Shown: piece by piece, positions 17,163-25,543 of the stretch
Layout of the letters: each line of letters starts with the position of its first letter
How positions within the stretch are numbered: the stretch's first letter is position 1
NCBI GenBank assembly: GCA_038212095.1
Contig: JBBQUW010000013.1
Location: 1,232 to 65,231, forward strand
Direction of reading: 5' to 3'
DNA length: 64,000 nucleotides
Source of the DNA: Gaiellales bacterium
Lineage (GTDB): Bacteria; Actinomycetota; Thermoleophilia; Gaiellales; JAICJC01
Notes under the pieces: generated by a model
The model's database searches: none
Told to the model about the DNA's origin: nothing
The model's input: the letters and a program-made list of their open reading frames with translations, nothing else
Program-made: the position numbers and the translations under genes

Positions 17163-19530
17163 AGTGCGCGGCCGTGACCATGTGCAGCGTGAGCACTAGG
17201 TGCGTGCGTCGGTCGATCGTCAGCCGAAAGAACGTTGGGCCCTGTGGCAGCACCAGCGTCACCGCGATCGTATCCGCCGTCTCGCCCGCAACGTAGGCCG
17301 CCACCGCGCCCGGCGCCCAGAAGGGATCGGGCACCTTCAGCGGGCTGGTCGCCTGCTCGACCCAGCTGCCGTTGCTCAGATCCCAGCGATGCTTCCCGAT
17401 GATCCGAGCCTGGGTGCCGCCGTGGACGTCGATCGAGAGCCGGTCGGGTGAGTTGGCAACGAACGTGGTGTGCACCGAGTGCACCGGGTCGGAGGCGAGG
17501 TCGTTCTCGATCCGCACCGACCGCAGGCTGCGCAACGACCTTGCCGTCTCGGCCACCAGTCGCGCCGCGCCGCTCGCATCCGAAGGCGGCACGTCGATGG
17601 TGACGGGCGCCGCCGCCGCTCCAGGCAGCAGCACCGTCAGCGACAGCCGCGGCGCGCCGACCGGCGCCAGGTAGCAGATCTGGGGGCCGGGGCAGGGAGT
17701 CGCGACTCGGCCGTTCACCACCAGCAGGGCGGCTCGCGGCGATGAGCCGTCCGAGTTCAGCAGCGTCAGGCGCACACCGCCCGGCACCCGTTGCGCGCCG
17801 ACCGCCAGCGCTCCCGCCTCGGCGGCGCCCACCGGCCCGCTCGCCGATGGTGGCTGCGGGACGCCGGGCGTGGCCAGCGCGGAGCCGATCGGCACCGCCG
17901 CCGCCCAGGTACGCGACCCGGCCGCGACCTGCGCCGTCAGGCGCCCTGCCGGCACGGCGGCCGCGACGCCCGCCCACTGGCCGCCGCCGAGGCTGCGCAG
18001 CGGCACCGTCGTCTGCGAGCCTCGCCCGTCTACCAGCAGCAGCGATGCGGCCTCCGCCGAGAGCGGCAGCCGCAGCCGAAACGCATTTCCACCCGCGTGG
18101 CCGGGCCACACGCTGAGCTCCGCCGCCGGTCCCAGCCGGAACGTCGCGCTGCCCCCGGCCGGAGCGGCGACGGCCGACGAGGCGGTCGACGGAGCGCTGC
18201 CGGGGGGCAGGTTGGTGAGCAGCGCCACCGCCGCCACCACCAGCGCCATCACCACCAGCTCGGCGATAGCGGAGCGGCGCAGCGCCCGGAACCGTTCGAG
18301 CAGCCCACGATTGCGATAGCCCAGCGCCACCAGCACCGCCAGCAGCAGCGTCTTTGCCACCAGCGTGCGGCCGTAGCCGGTCGTCCACAGCTGGCTCACC
18401 GAGCTGAGCTCCCACAGCGCCCGCAGTCCGCCCGTCAGCGACAGCACGAGCACCGACGCCAGCGCGATCCGCGAGAACCGCCGCGCCGCGGCCGCCCGCA
18501 CGCGCAACTGGTCGGCCTCGGCCAAACCGCGGGTGGCATGTGGCGTCACCCACACCAGCTGCAGCAGCCCACCGGCCCACACCGCGGCGGCCGCGATGTG
18601 CGCGGTGTCCAGCGCCACCACGAGCAGTCCGCGCCCGGGGTCGCCGGCGTGTCCCGAGATACCGGGCGCCGCCAGCGCCCAGACGCCGGCCGCCAGCGCG
18701 GGCGCCGCCAGCGCCAGCGTCAGCAGCCGTCCACGGCCGATCGATGCGTAGGCTAGCGCGACCAGGATCGTGAAGGCCGCCGTCACGTCGACACCGCGTC
18801 CGAACACGCGTCCGAAACGGGTCGCCTGCAACGCGGATGCGACCGGGCCGCGATGATCGAACGCAGCCCAGAAGCTGACGCCGGCGACCTCGGCCCCCTG
18901 CTGCGTCAGCGCCACCCAGCCTCCGCCCAGCACCAGCACCGCCGACAGCGCCAGCACCTGGTTCGCGCGATGGCGCTCGCGCAGGGACATCAGCCGGCCC
19001 GGCTCGCCTCCCTCCTGGACGATCAGCGGCCGGAAGACCGCCAGGCGGTAGACGACGCCGCCCACGAGCAGCAGCAGTCCGGCGAAGTACACGAAGCGGG
19101 CGGTCAGGTACGGCACGTCGAGCCGTGAGTCCTGCGAGCTGGCCTGCGGCGGTGGCCGTCCCGAGCCGATGCCGATCGCGTACAGACCGGAGATCAGGTG
19201 GCCGTCGGTGGACACGATCTGCCAGCGCACCGTGTAGTCGCCGTCGGGCAGGCCGGGCCGCAGCGGGATCACCAGCGAGTCGACGTTGCTGGGTGAGGTG
19301 TAGGCGGCGGCCGCCAGCACCGCGGAGCCGCTGGCATCGGTGACGGTGGTGCCGCCCGGGATCGGCCGCACCTGCTGGTCGAACGTCAGCAGCAGCTGCC
19401 GGGGCGCGGCGGCCACCCTGGTACCGGCGGTGGGAATGGTGGTCAGCAGGGTGGCGTGGGCGAGCGCCGACGCTGGCGCCAGCGCCGGCAGCAGAACGAC
19501 GACAACCAGGAGTGCGGCGACGCGTCTCAG
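17104..19530 (-). CDS. CopC-CopD fusion copper-handling protein (YcnJ-like) with a long C-terminal extension
   Basis: CopC module (HATLLTTIP..., YTVRWQIVSTDGHLISG), a multi-TM CopD module, then ~367 extra residues. The track ORF starts at GTG 19416, which removes the signal peptide and the N-terminal His. The extension to CTG 19530 is inferred. Confidence 0.8.
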   Translation of the reverse strand: MRRVAALLVVVVLLPALAPASALAHATLLTTIPTAGTRVAAAPRQLLLTFDQQVRPIPGGTTVTDASGSAVLAAAAYTSPSNVDSLVIPLRPGLPDGDYTVRWQIVSTDGHLISGLYAIGIGSGRPPPQASSQDSRLDVPYLTARFVYFAGLLLLVGGVVYRLAVFRPLIVQEGGEPGRLMSLRERHRANQVLALSAVLVLGGGWVALTQQGAEVAGVSFWAAFDHRGPVASALQATRFGRVFGRGVDVTAAFTILVALAYASIGRGRLLTLALAAPALAAGVWALAAPGISGHAGDPGRGLLVVALDTAHIAAAAVWAGGLLQLVWVTPHATRGLAEADQLRVRAAAARRFSRIALASVLVLSLTGGLRALWELSSVSQLWTTGYGRTLVAKTLLLAVLVALGYRNRGLLERFRALRRSAIAELVVMALVVAAVALLTNLPPGSAPSTASSAVAAPAGGSATFRLGPAAELSVWPGHAGGNAFRLRLPLSAEAASLLLVDGRGSQTTVPLRSLGGGQWAGVAAAVPAGRLTAQVAAGSRTWAAAVPIGSALATPGVPQPPSASGPVGAAEAGALAVGAQRVPGGVRLTLLNSDGSSPRAALLVVNGRVATPCPGPQICYLAPVGAPRLSLTVLLPGAAAAPVTIDVPPSDASGAARLVAETARSLRSLRSVRIENDLASDPVHSVHTTFVANSPDRLSIDVHGGTQARIIGKHRWDLSNGSWVEQATSPLKVPDPFWAPGAVAAYVAGETADTIAVTLVLPQGPTFFRLTIDRRTHLVLTLHMVTAAHFMRERYLDVNRAERVVAPS

Positions 19531-20066
19531 CGCCGACTCCGCACTGCCAGCGTGGCCGCCGCTGCCGCTGCCAACGCCGCCACCAGCGCCAGTCCTGCCA
19601 GCACTCGCGCGACGCTGTCGCTGGAGCTGCCGCCGGCGATCGGCGCGACGGTGATCAGCGGCGTCGTCCAGACCCTGGTCGAGCCGTCGGCAAAGGTCTG
19701 CATCGCCGTCAGGTGGATGTCACCGGCGGTCGCCGGCAGCGTGGCCGTGAACTGGAACAACGCCAATCCTCCGGGCGGCACCCGGCCGCCCTGCCAGGAC
19801 AGGGTGGCGACGCGATTGGTCTGGTCGCGCACCGTCTGGGTGATGAACCCGGGCGCATCCGCAGCGCCTTCGACCACCAGTGAGGCGGGGATCGTGAGGC
19901 GGAGTCCGGTCAGCGCCTGGCCGGCCGACTCGTTCGGTGATCTGAGGGTGAACAGCACGTCGCCGCCCGGCGATGCCGTGGCCGGTGTGAGCTCGACGTG
20001 TGCCTGCGCTGTCGCCGGTAGGGCGAGCAGCGCGGCGAGTGCGATCGACAGTGCGCGAACGCGCAT
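19527..20066 (-). CDS. ycnI: YcnI/DUF1775 copper-binding protein with C-terminal TM anchor
   Basis: Signal peptide MRVRALSIALAALLALPATAQA followed by HVELTP. AGGAGG lies upstream of ATG 20066. The C-terminal anchor is ARVLAGLALVAALAAAAAA. Confidence 0.8.
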   Translation of the reverse strand: MRVRALSIALAALLALPATAQAHVELTPATASPGGDVLFTLRSPNESAGQALTGLRLTIPASLVVEGAADAPGFITQTVRDQTNRVATLSWQGGRVPPGGLALFQFTATLPATAGDIHLTAMQTFADGSTRVWTTPLITVAPIAGGSSSDSVARVLAGLALVAALAAAAAATLAVRSRR

Positions 20067-20194
20067 TGCGGGAACCTCCTGACCTGGTACGAGATCGTGG
20101 TCAGGCCGGAGTCGGAGGTGCCCGGCCGCGCCAGGCGCCACCGCTCAGCGCCGCCCGGGGAGCGCTGCCGAGCATCGTCCGGCCAGGGCCGGGC

Positions 20195-20599
20195 TCAAGG
20201 ATGGTTGGCGCGGCGACGCCCCCCGGCGGCGGCAGCCGCGATGCGGTGGTCGAGGCCGCGCACGAGCAGCGCCGCCAATACCGCCAGCACAACGTGCAGG
20301 GCGAGTCCGCCGGCTGCGCCGGCGTGGGCGGGAGCGCCGGCCAGCATCAGCGCGGCGTGGGCGGCCGCCTGGGTGAGCAGCATCGCGGCGGTGATCACGC
20401 CCAGTGGCAGCGCTCGGTGGTCGCTCATGCGCGCTCCAGCCAGGTGCGCGGTTGCCACCAGCATGCCGGTCGCCACCGTCGCGCCGATCAGCGCCACCGC
20501 CAGCCAGCGCGGATCGCGGATGTCGCCGTGTGCCAGCGAGGCCGATGCCGCAGCCAAGCCGGCAAACGCTACCGCGCGGATTGACGAGCCGGTTCGCAC
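20195..20599 (-). CDS. Small His-rich four-TM membrane protein, unknown function
   Basis: 134 aa with four hydrophobic segments and many His at the helix ends. Same strand as the copper module. Confidence 0.45.
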   Translation of the reverse strand: MRTGSSIRAVAFAGLAAASASLAHGDIRDPRWLAVALIGATVATGMLVATAHLAGARMSDHRALPLGVITAAMLLTQAAAHAALMLAGAPAHAGAAGGLALHVVLAVLAALLVRGLDHRIAAAAAGGRRRANHP

Positions 20600-20630
20600 C
20601 CCGGCAGTATCGCACCGCTCCGAACGGTCG

Positions 20631-22022
20631 CTACGCGACCAGGTCGAGCGGCGTGTAACTGGCGGCCTGTGGGATCACGTCGGCGGGGTCGGTGCCCATC
20701 CAGCTGCCCAGCAGGTTGGTGTAGATCTGCCGGTAATCGGTCGGCACCTTCAGGTTGCCCCACTGGTCGAGATCGTTGTCGGTGATGCCGGGGAAGGCGC
20801 TCGCGATTCCCGGCTTGGCGTGCGTGCCGATCACCATCGCCAGCCCGCCGGCTCCGTGGTCGGTGCCGCCGCCGCCCGAGTCGTTGTCCTCAACCCTGCG
20901 GCCGAACTCGCTCCAGACCAGCGTGATCACGCGGTCCGCCAAGCTGCGCGCCTCGAGGTCTGCCTGGAAGGCGGCCAGCGAGGTGGAGAGCTGGGACAGG
21001 TTCTGCGCCTGGCGGGTCAGCTGTGAGTCGTGGAAGTCCCAGCCGCTGTCAAACGAGACGCAGGCCGTGCGCATGCCCAGGTTGGAGTCGAGCAGCCAGG
21101 CCAGGTTCGCCATTCGGCGATCGAAGTCGGTGCTGCCGTAGCTGAGCCCGCTGGGGGGCAGCGTTGGCTGGGTCAGCGCCTTCAGGCGTGTGGCGACGTT
21201 GACGGCGCCGCTAACGGCGCCGTCGGCAGCGTTCATCGCAACGCTGGCTGCCGGTCGCTGCGACAGCCCCGCGAGCGCGTCCACCATCAACTGCTCGTCC
21301 GCCCACACGTTCTCCAGCCAGAACTGGGCGTCGTCGACGCTCGACAGCACGGCCACCGGGTTGCTGGCGCTCTTCAGCGATCCGTCCAGCGACCAGCCGG
21401 CGGAGATCGCCTGCAGCGGATTGTCCGGGGCGCCGTTCTGATCGACCCACCGCCCCAGCCAGCCGGTGGCGGGATCTGGGTTCAGCTCGCCCGCCTGCCA
21501 GAACGCGCGCGAGTGGAAGTGGGAGAGGTCCGGCGGCATGTAGTCGACGGCGGGGACGATCGCCATCTTGCCGGCGTCGTAGAGCTGCTGAAACCCGGTT
21601 GCAGCCGGGTTCCAGCGCCAGTCGGGGGTGGCGGCCACGCCGCCCAACGGCAGGCAGGCGTTGGGCTGCAGGTTGATGTGGGGCCGCTTGGTCACGTAGG
21701 CGGCGTAGTCGGCGCCGGTGACCGGCACCAGCGTGTTCAGCCCATCGTTGCCGCCGTCCAGGAAGACGGAGACGATGATCGGGTCGGTGGACGGCGTGGC
21801 TGCCTGCGCCGCCGCGGCCTCCCATATCCGACCCCACGACATCGTCGAGGCGCCGTAGACGGTCAGGAAGGCGACGGCGCCGTTTCGCAGGAAGTCGCGA
21901 CGGCAGATTCCGGCCGTCTCGCCTTCGAGCACCGCTCGCGGGATCGGCACCACCTGTCCCCCTCGGCGGAGCATCGCGCGCCGGTGGGTCATCTGCCAGT
22001 CGTTACATCCACATTGATTCAT
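20631..22022 (-). CDS. DUF1501 family protein (sulfatase/alkaline-phosphatase superfamily), Tat-exported
   Basis: Tat-like RRDFLRNGAVAFL, FLDGGNDGLNTLVP and GGGTDHGAGG. Confidence 0.85.
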   Translation of the reverse strand: MNQCGCNDWQMTHRRAMLRRGGQVVPIPRAVLEGETAGICRRDFLRNGAVAFLTVYGASTMSWGRIWEAAAAQAATPSTDPIIVSVFLDGGNDGLNTLVPVTGADYAAYVTKRPHINLQPNACLPLGGVAATPDWRWNPAATGFQQLYDAGKMAIVPAVDYMPPDLSHFHSRAFWQAGELNPDPATGWLGRWVDQNGAPDNPLQAISAGWSLDGSLKSASNPVAVLSSVDDAQFWLENVWADEQLMVDALAGLSQRPAASVAMNAADGAVSGAVNVATRLKALTQPTLPPSGLSYGSTDFDRRMANLAWLLDSNLGMRTACVSFDSGWDFHDSQLTRQAQNLSQLSTSLAAFQADLEARSLADRVITLVWSEFGRRVEDNDSGGGGTDHGAGGLAMVIGTHAKPGIASAFPGITDNDLDQWGNLKVPTDYRQIYTNLLGSWMGTDPADVIPQAASYTPLDLVA

Positions 22023-22032
22023 GCCAACTCTC

Positions 22033-23523
22033 CTAATGAATAAGTCCGTCGGGGCCGGCCGTGAGCAATCCCCTGATCACCTTCTGGCGCTCGATCCGGC
22101 CGTGCTGGTCGAGCGTGGGCCCGTTGCGGGTCACGTAGTCGGAGGCGTAGGCGACCAGCTTGGTGTGGCCGTCCGTCGACACCCAGGGCTGCGACAGCGC
22201 CGCTCGTGCGCCGGCCACGGCCTCCAGCGGCGTCTGCGTGCCGGGGTCGTTGACCGTATGCAGCAGCAGGTAGTTGCAGGCCTCCCAGTAGGCGCGGGCG
22301 GTGTTCGTGTTCAGGAATGCCGCCCCTTGCTTCCAACCCGAGACGTTGGGCGGGTAGAACGGCACCTGTCCCATCCCCTCCAGCAGCCAGCTCCAGCTGT
22401 TGTCGGTGATGAAGCGGCGGTTCATGCGCAGCCCGGCGGCGACGAACACGATCGGCGGCTTGACCATATCGGGCGCTGTGAGGTTGGCGTAGAACGCCGG
22501 GTGGCGCAGGATCACGCGGATCAGCGGCGCCAGCTCGTGGCCGGACAGGCGGTAGTTGTTCACCATCTGCTGCATCGCGGCCTGCGGCGGCGGCGTGCTG
22601 ACGAAGTAGTTCCACAGCGAGTACGCCAGGTAGGGCGCGTGGTTGGGGTGGGCGACGATCAACCGGCAGACGTCCTGCCATCCCCAGGCGCCGGTATGGC
22701 CGAAGATCGTCTTGGAGCCCGTGTCGTGGTAGGACGGGTCGTAGAAGGTCGGGTTGTCGCGCTGCGCGAGGGTGCCGGTGGTGGCCTTCGTCCAGTCGTA
22801 GCGCCAGCCGGTGAGCGCGCGGGCGGTCTCGTGGATGTCGTCCTGGGTGTACATGTGAGCGGATGACCACATGCCGTAGGTGAGGGACTCCAGCGCGGGG
22901 TCGTTGCCGAGGCAGAACAGCTCCATCACCTCGCGGCCGTAGTTCTCGTTGGGCTGCCACTTGTTCGAGTCGGCGCCGTTCAGCCACAGCAGCATCGCCG
23001 GGTCGATCGTGATCTGCTGGAGCAGGTCGGCGAAGTTGCCCAGCGCGTGGCTGCGCAGCAGCCGGTTCTGCCGCAGCATGTGGCGCGTGTTGCCGACGCC
23101 GGCGTTGGAGGTGGCGAACAGGTCGTGCAGGTTCAGCGTCATCCGCTCCTGCAGCTGGTTACGGCTGCGCACCATGCGATCCAGCCACCACAGGCAGTCG
23201 TGGCCCCAGTGGTTGAGTGGATCGATCGGCGCTCCGGCGTCGGTGGGAGCCGGGCCGACCACGACGTTCGTGGTGAACGGGTTCATCAGCTCCCCGATCG
23301 CCAGCGGCAGTCCCAGCTTGGCGTAGTGGGTGATCTGGGCGGTGCTTCCGGAGAAACCGGCGCGCCACAGCAGTCGCGCGAAGTGCGCGCGTGTCGGCTG
23401 CGCCGGCAGCGTCGGATAGCTGAACCCCATCGATCCCCCCGTGCTCGAGATGACCAGACCCGTGGTGGGTATCGGCCGGCGGCGCGGGTCGTCGCGCCCA
23501 CGTGCGGGGGATCTGGGGGTCAC
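22033..23523 (-). CDS. DUF1800 family protein
   Basis: HFARLLWRAGFSG, LQERMTLNLHDLFATS and NENYGREVMELFCLGN. It is the usual partner immediately upstream of DUF1501. An alternative ATG start lies at 23430. Confidence 0.8.
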   Translation of the reverse strand: MTPRSPARGRDDPRRRPIPTTGLVISSTGGSMGFSYPTLPAQPTRAHFARLLWRAGFSGSTAQITHYAKLGLPLAIGELMNPFTTNVVVGPAPTDAGAPIDPLNHWGHDCLWWLDRMVRSRNQLQERMTLNLHDLFATSNAGVGNTRHMLRQNRLLRSHALGNFADLLQQITIDPAMLLWLNGADSNKWQPNENYGREVMELFCLGNDPALESLTYGMWSSAHMYTQDDIHETARALTGWRYDWTKATTGTLAQRDNPTFYDPSYHDTGSKTIFGHTGAWGWQDVCRLIVAHPNHAPYLAYSLWNYFVSTPPPQAAMQQMVNNYRLSGHELAPLIRVILRHPAFYANLTAPDMVKPPIVFVAAGLRMNRRFITDNSWSWLLEGMGQVPFYPPNVSGWKQGAAFLNTNTARAYWEACNYLLLHTVNDPGTQTPLEAVAGARAALSQPWVSTDGHTKLVAYASDYVTRNGPTLDQHGRIERQKVIRGLLTAGPDGLIH

Positions 23524-23609
23524 CCTGGGGACATGATCCGGGGGTCGGGCCGACGGGATGTCCCGCGCACTGGGGGAGGGCTGATAGCTACCCCGATTAG
23601 CCTTCGGTC

Positions 23610-24113
23610 ATGCCCACCGGCGACGGATACCCGGCGATCGCCTTCGACGCGATGCAACAGGCAGGCGTTCCTCACCTCGTTGAACGCCGGACGGGTGACG
23701 AGGCGTTTGTCCTCGAACGGATAGCCCGAGGCGCTGGCGCGACTCGATGGTACGTCCTCCGAAGCCGCGCCGACCTGTCGGCGCTCGCGAGCCGGTTGCG
23801 ACCGGGAAGCTCCGTTAGCTTCTATTTCGACGACCGGTTCGAGCCTACTGCTAACGACGAAGTCGCTCGCGCGGGGATCCTTGGTGTCCTGGCCGAGGAC
23901 GGAGAGGCCGTCGTAGGGACTGCCGACGCCAAGGACATCGAAGTCGCGGTCGACTTCATCTCCGGGCCCGCTGAAGTTGACACATGGCTGAGCGAACACT
24001 CCGGCGAGCGGATCCGCTTCGGCCGGTTTCCTGGGCGCGACAATGATGGCGAGCGCGCCGTCACCCTGGACCTTCCAGATCGGGACGGCGTGGTCCGCTC
24101 GCACCCGCACTGA
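23610..24113 (+). CDS. Hypothetical protein
   Basis: 167-aa ORF with balanced composition (YVLRSRADLSALASRL..SVSFYFDDRFEP). Preferred over the overlapping Arg-rich minus-strand ORF 23520..24296. Locally lower G+C. Confidence 0.45.
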   Translation: MPTGDGYPAIAFDAMQQAGVPHLVERRTGDEAFVLERIARGAGATRWYVLRSRADLSALASRLRPGSSVSFYFDDRFEPTANDEVARAGILGVLAEDGEAVVGTADAKDIEVAVDFISGPAEVDTWLSEHSGERIRFGRFPGRDNDGERAVTLDLPDRDGVVRSHPH

Positions 24114-24148
24114 CCGGTCACGCGGGGGACAGTCCAGAACGCTCGCAT

Positions 24149-24174
24149 CGCGAGCGAGCCTTGGCTCGCTCGCG
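24149..24174. terminator. Perfect 26-nt palindrome CGCGAGCGAGCC-TT-GGCTCGCTCGCG between convergent genes
   Basis: Read directly from the sequence. It lies 36 nt after stop 24113 and 82 nt before the convergent stop 24256. No U-tract. Confidence 0.35.
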
Positions 24175-24255
24175 GCGCACGGCTGCCTGCGCCACTTTGC
24201 AGTTCGAGCGTCTGCCACTTGGCGCGACCCGCCCGCTACCCCGGCCCGCCCCGAC

Positions 24256-25176
24256 TTACGGCCCGTTCCGCAGCCCACTCGTGTCGACCACCTCAAGGTC
24301 TGCGCCGGTGATGCGGTTGAGCGTGTGCAGGTCGCTGTCGTTGAAGTGCGGGTCGGAGGCGCCGCTGACGTACCAGGGCGAGCCGTTGTCGGCCAGGATC
24401 ATGCCGTAACGCTGCAGCGCGATCGCGATCACCCGCGCCTGCGGCGAGAGCTGCGAGACGTCGAACGACGACTTCAGGCGCACGCGCAGGCCCATCGGCG
24501 GCAGCGAGAGCGACGAGCCTGAGCCGGCATCATGGCGGGCGGGGTAGATGTGTGCGCTGCGAGTCGTGGCTGCGGTGAAGCGAAGCGCGTGGTCGATCAA
24601 CCCCGCCGCCACCTCGCGGTAGCGCACCAGGCCCGGCAGGATCGGCAGCCCGGCGGCGTCGGCGCTCGTCCACCCGTCCGGCCGCAGCGCGTTGGAGGTC
24701 ATGCTCCAGATCGCTCCCGAGCCCGCCTTCCAACCGGTGCTCGTGTGGCGCGCGTTCCACAACTCGTACAGCGTGCAGTGGTCGCGGTCGACGATCAGCA
24801 GGTGGTGGTCGCTGGACGCCTCGATCTTGGGATTGCTCGGGATCGGATACGGCCCCGGGTCGGACTGGGCGGCGTAGCCGAACCGCACCTTGACCTTCGT
24901 CTGCGTCCCCGCCACCGCATTGAACGGGATGCCGTAGCCGGCGTAGCTGCCGAAATCGGGATGCAGGCCGGTCGTCAGTCCAATCGCCTGAAGCATCGTG
25001 GCGGAGTTCGTCGCCACAGGCAGGGCCGAGACGTCCTCGTTCCAGACGTTGTCTGCTGGGAAGACGGGGCAGGCGGGGGCCGCGCCCAGCGGCGCTGCCA
25101 GTGGTGCGTCGGCGCCGACCGAGAGGCCGGCCAGGGTGACCAGTGCGACGACGCTCGAGGTGATGCGGATCCCCAT
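24256..25176 (-). CDS. Secreted protein of unknown function
   Basis: GGAG-TGCAG-ATG at 25176. Signal peptide MGIRITSSVVALVTLAGLSVGADA. Conserved-looking core (CPVFPADNVWNEDV, DHCTLYELWNA, GWTSADAAGLPILPGLVRY, ADNGSPWYVSG). Confidence 0.6.
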   Translation of the reverse strand: MGIRITSSVVALVTLAGLSVGADAPLAAPLGAAPACPVFPADNVWNEDVSALPVATNSATMLQAIGLTTGLHPDFGSYAGYGIPFNAVAGTQTKVKVRFGYAAQSDPGPYPIPSNPKIEASSDHHLLIVDRDHCTLYELWNARHTSTGWKAGSGAIWSMTSNALRPDGWTSADAAGLPILPGLVRYREVAAGLIDHALRFTAATTRSAHIYPARHDAGSGSSLSLPPMGLRVRLKSSFDVSQLSPQARVIAIALQRYGMILADNGSPWYVSGASDPHFNDSDLHTLNRITGADLEVVDTSGLRNGP

Positions 25177-25249
25177 CTGCACTCCAGAACATCGGCCGCC
25201 GACGACCGACCCTCGACCCCCGGCCGGGTGGCGCCGATACACTCACGCG

Positions 25250-25543
25250 ATGGCGATGTACGATGCACAGCCGATCCACACCCGGCGACCGATCGAGCAC
25301 AAGCAGCTGCCACAGCTCGCGCCCGGCGACCACGCGCGGCGCCCCGACGGCTCCTTCGGCACGGTTGTGCGGGTTGCCGGTGACAGCGTGGTGTTGCGCA
25401 TGGACGAGCCGTTCCAGGCCGGCGGCCTGCCACATCGCCTCTACTACAGCAACCTCCACGAGCTGACGAAGGTCGAGAGCGTCGGCCGGATGGGTGCTCG
25501 CGACCTCTTCCAGGACGAGGACGCCGACGACGAGGACGAGTAG
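25250..25543 (+). CDS. Small hypothetical protein with acidic tail
   Basis: ATG 25250 inside track ORF 24998..25543. The product runs MAMYDAQPIHTRRP...LFQDEDADDEDE. Confidence 0.45.
   Translation: MAMYDAQPIHTRRPIEHKQLPQLAPGDHARRPDGSFGTVVRVAGDSVVLRMDEPFQAGGLPHRLYYSNLHELTKVESVGRMGARDLFQDEDADDEDE

Noticed and set aside
23520-24296. 258-aa minus ORF overlapping 23610..24113(+)
   Set aside because: It is Arg/Ser/Pro-rich with no motif, and it would overlap the DUF1800 start region and the secreted-protein gene. The plus-strand ORF has a more protein-like composition. Neither reading is certain.
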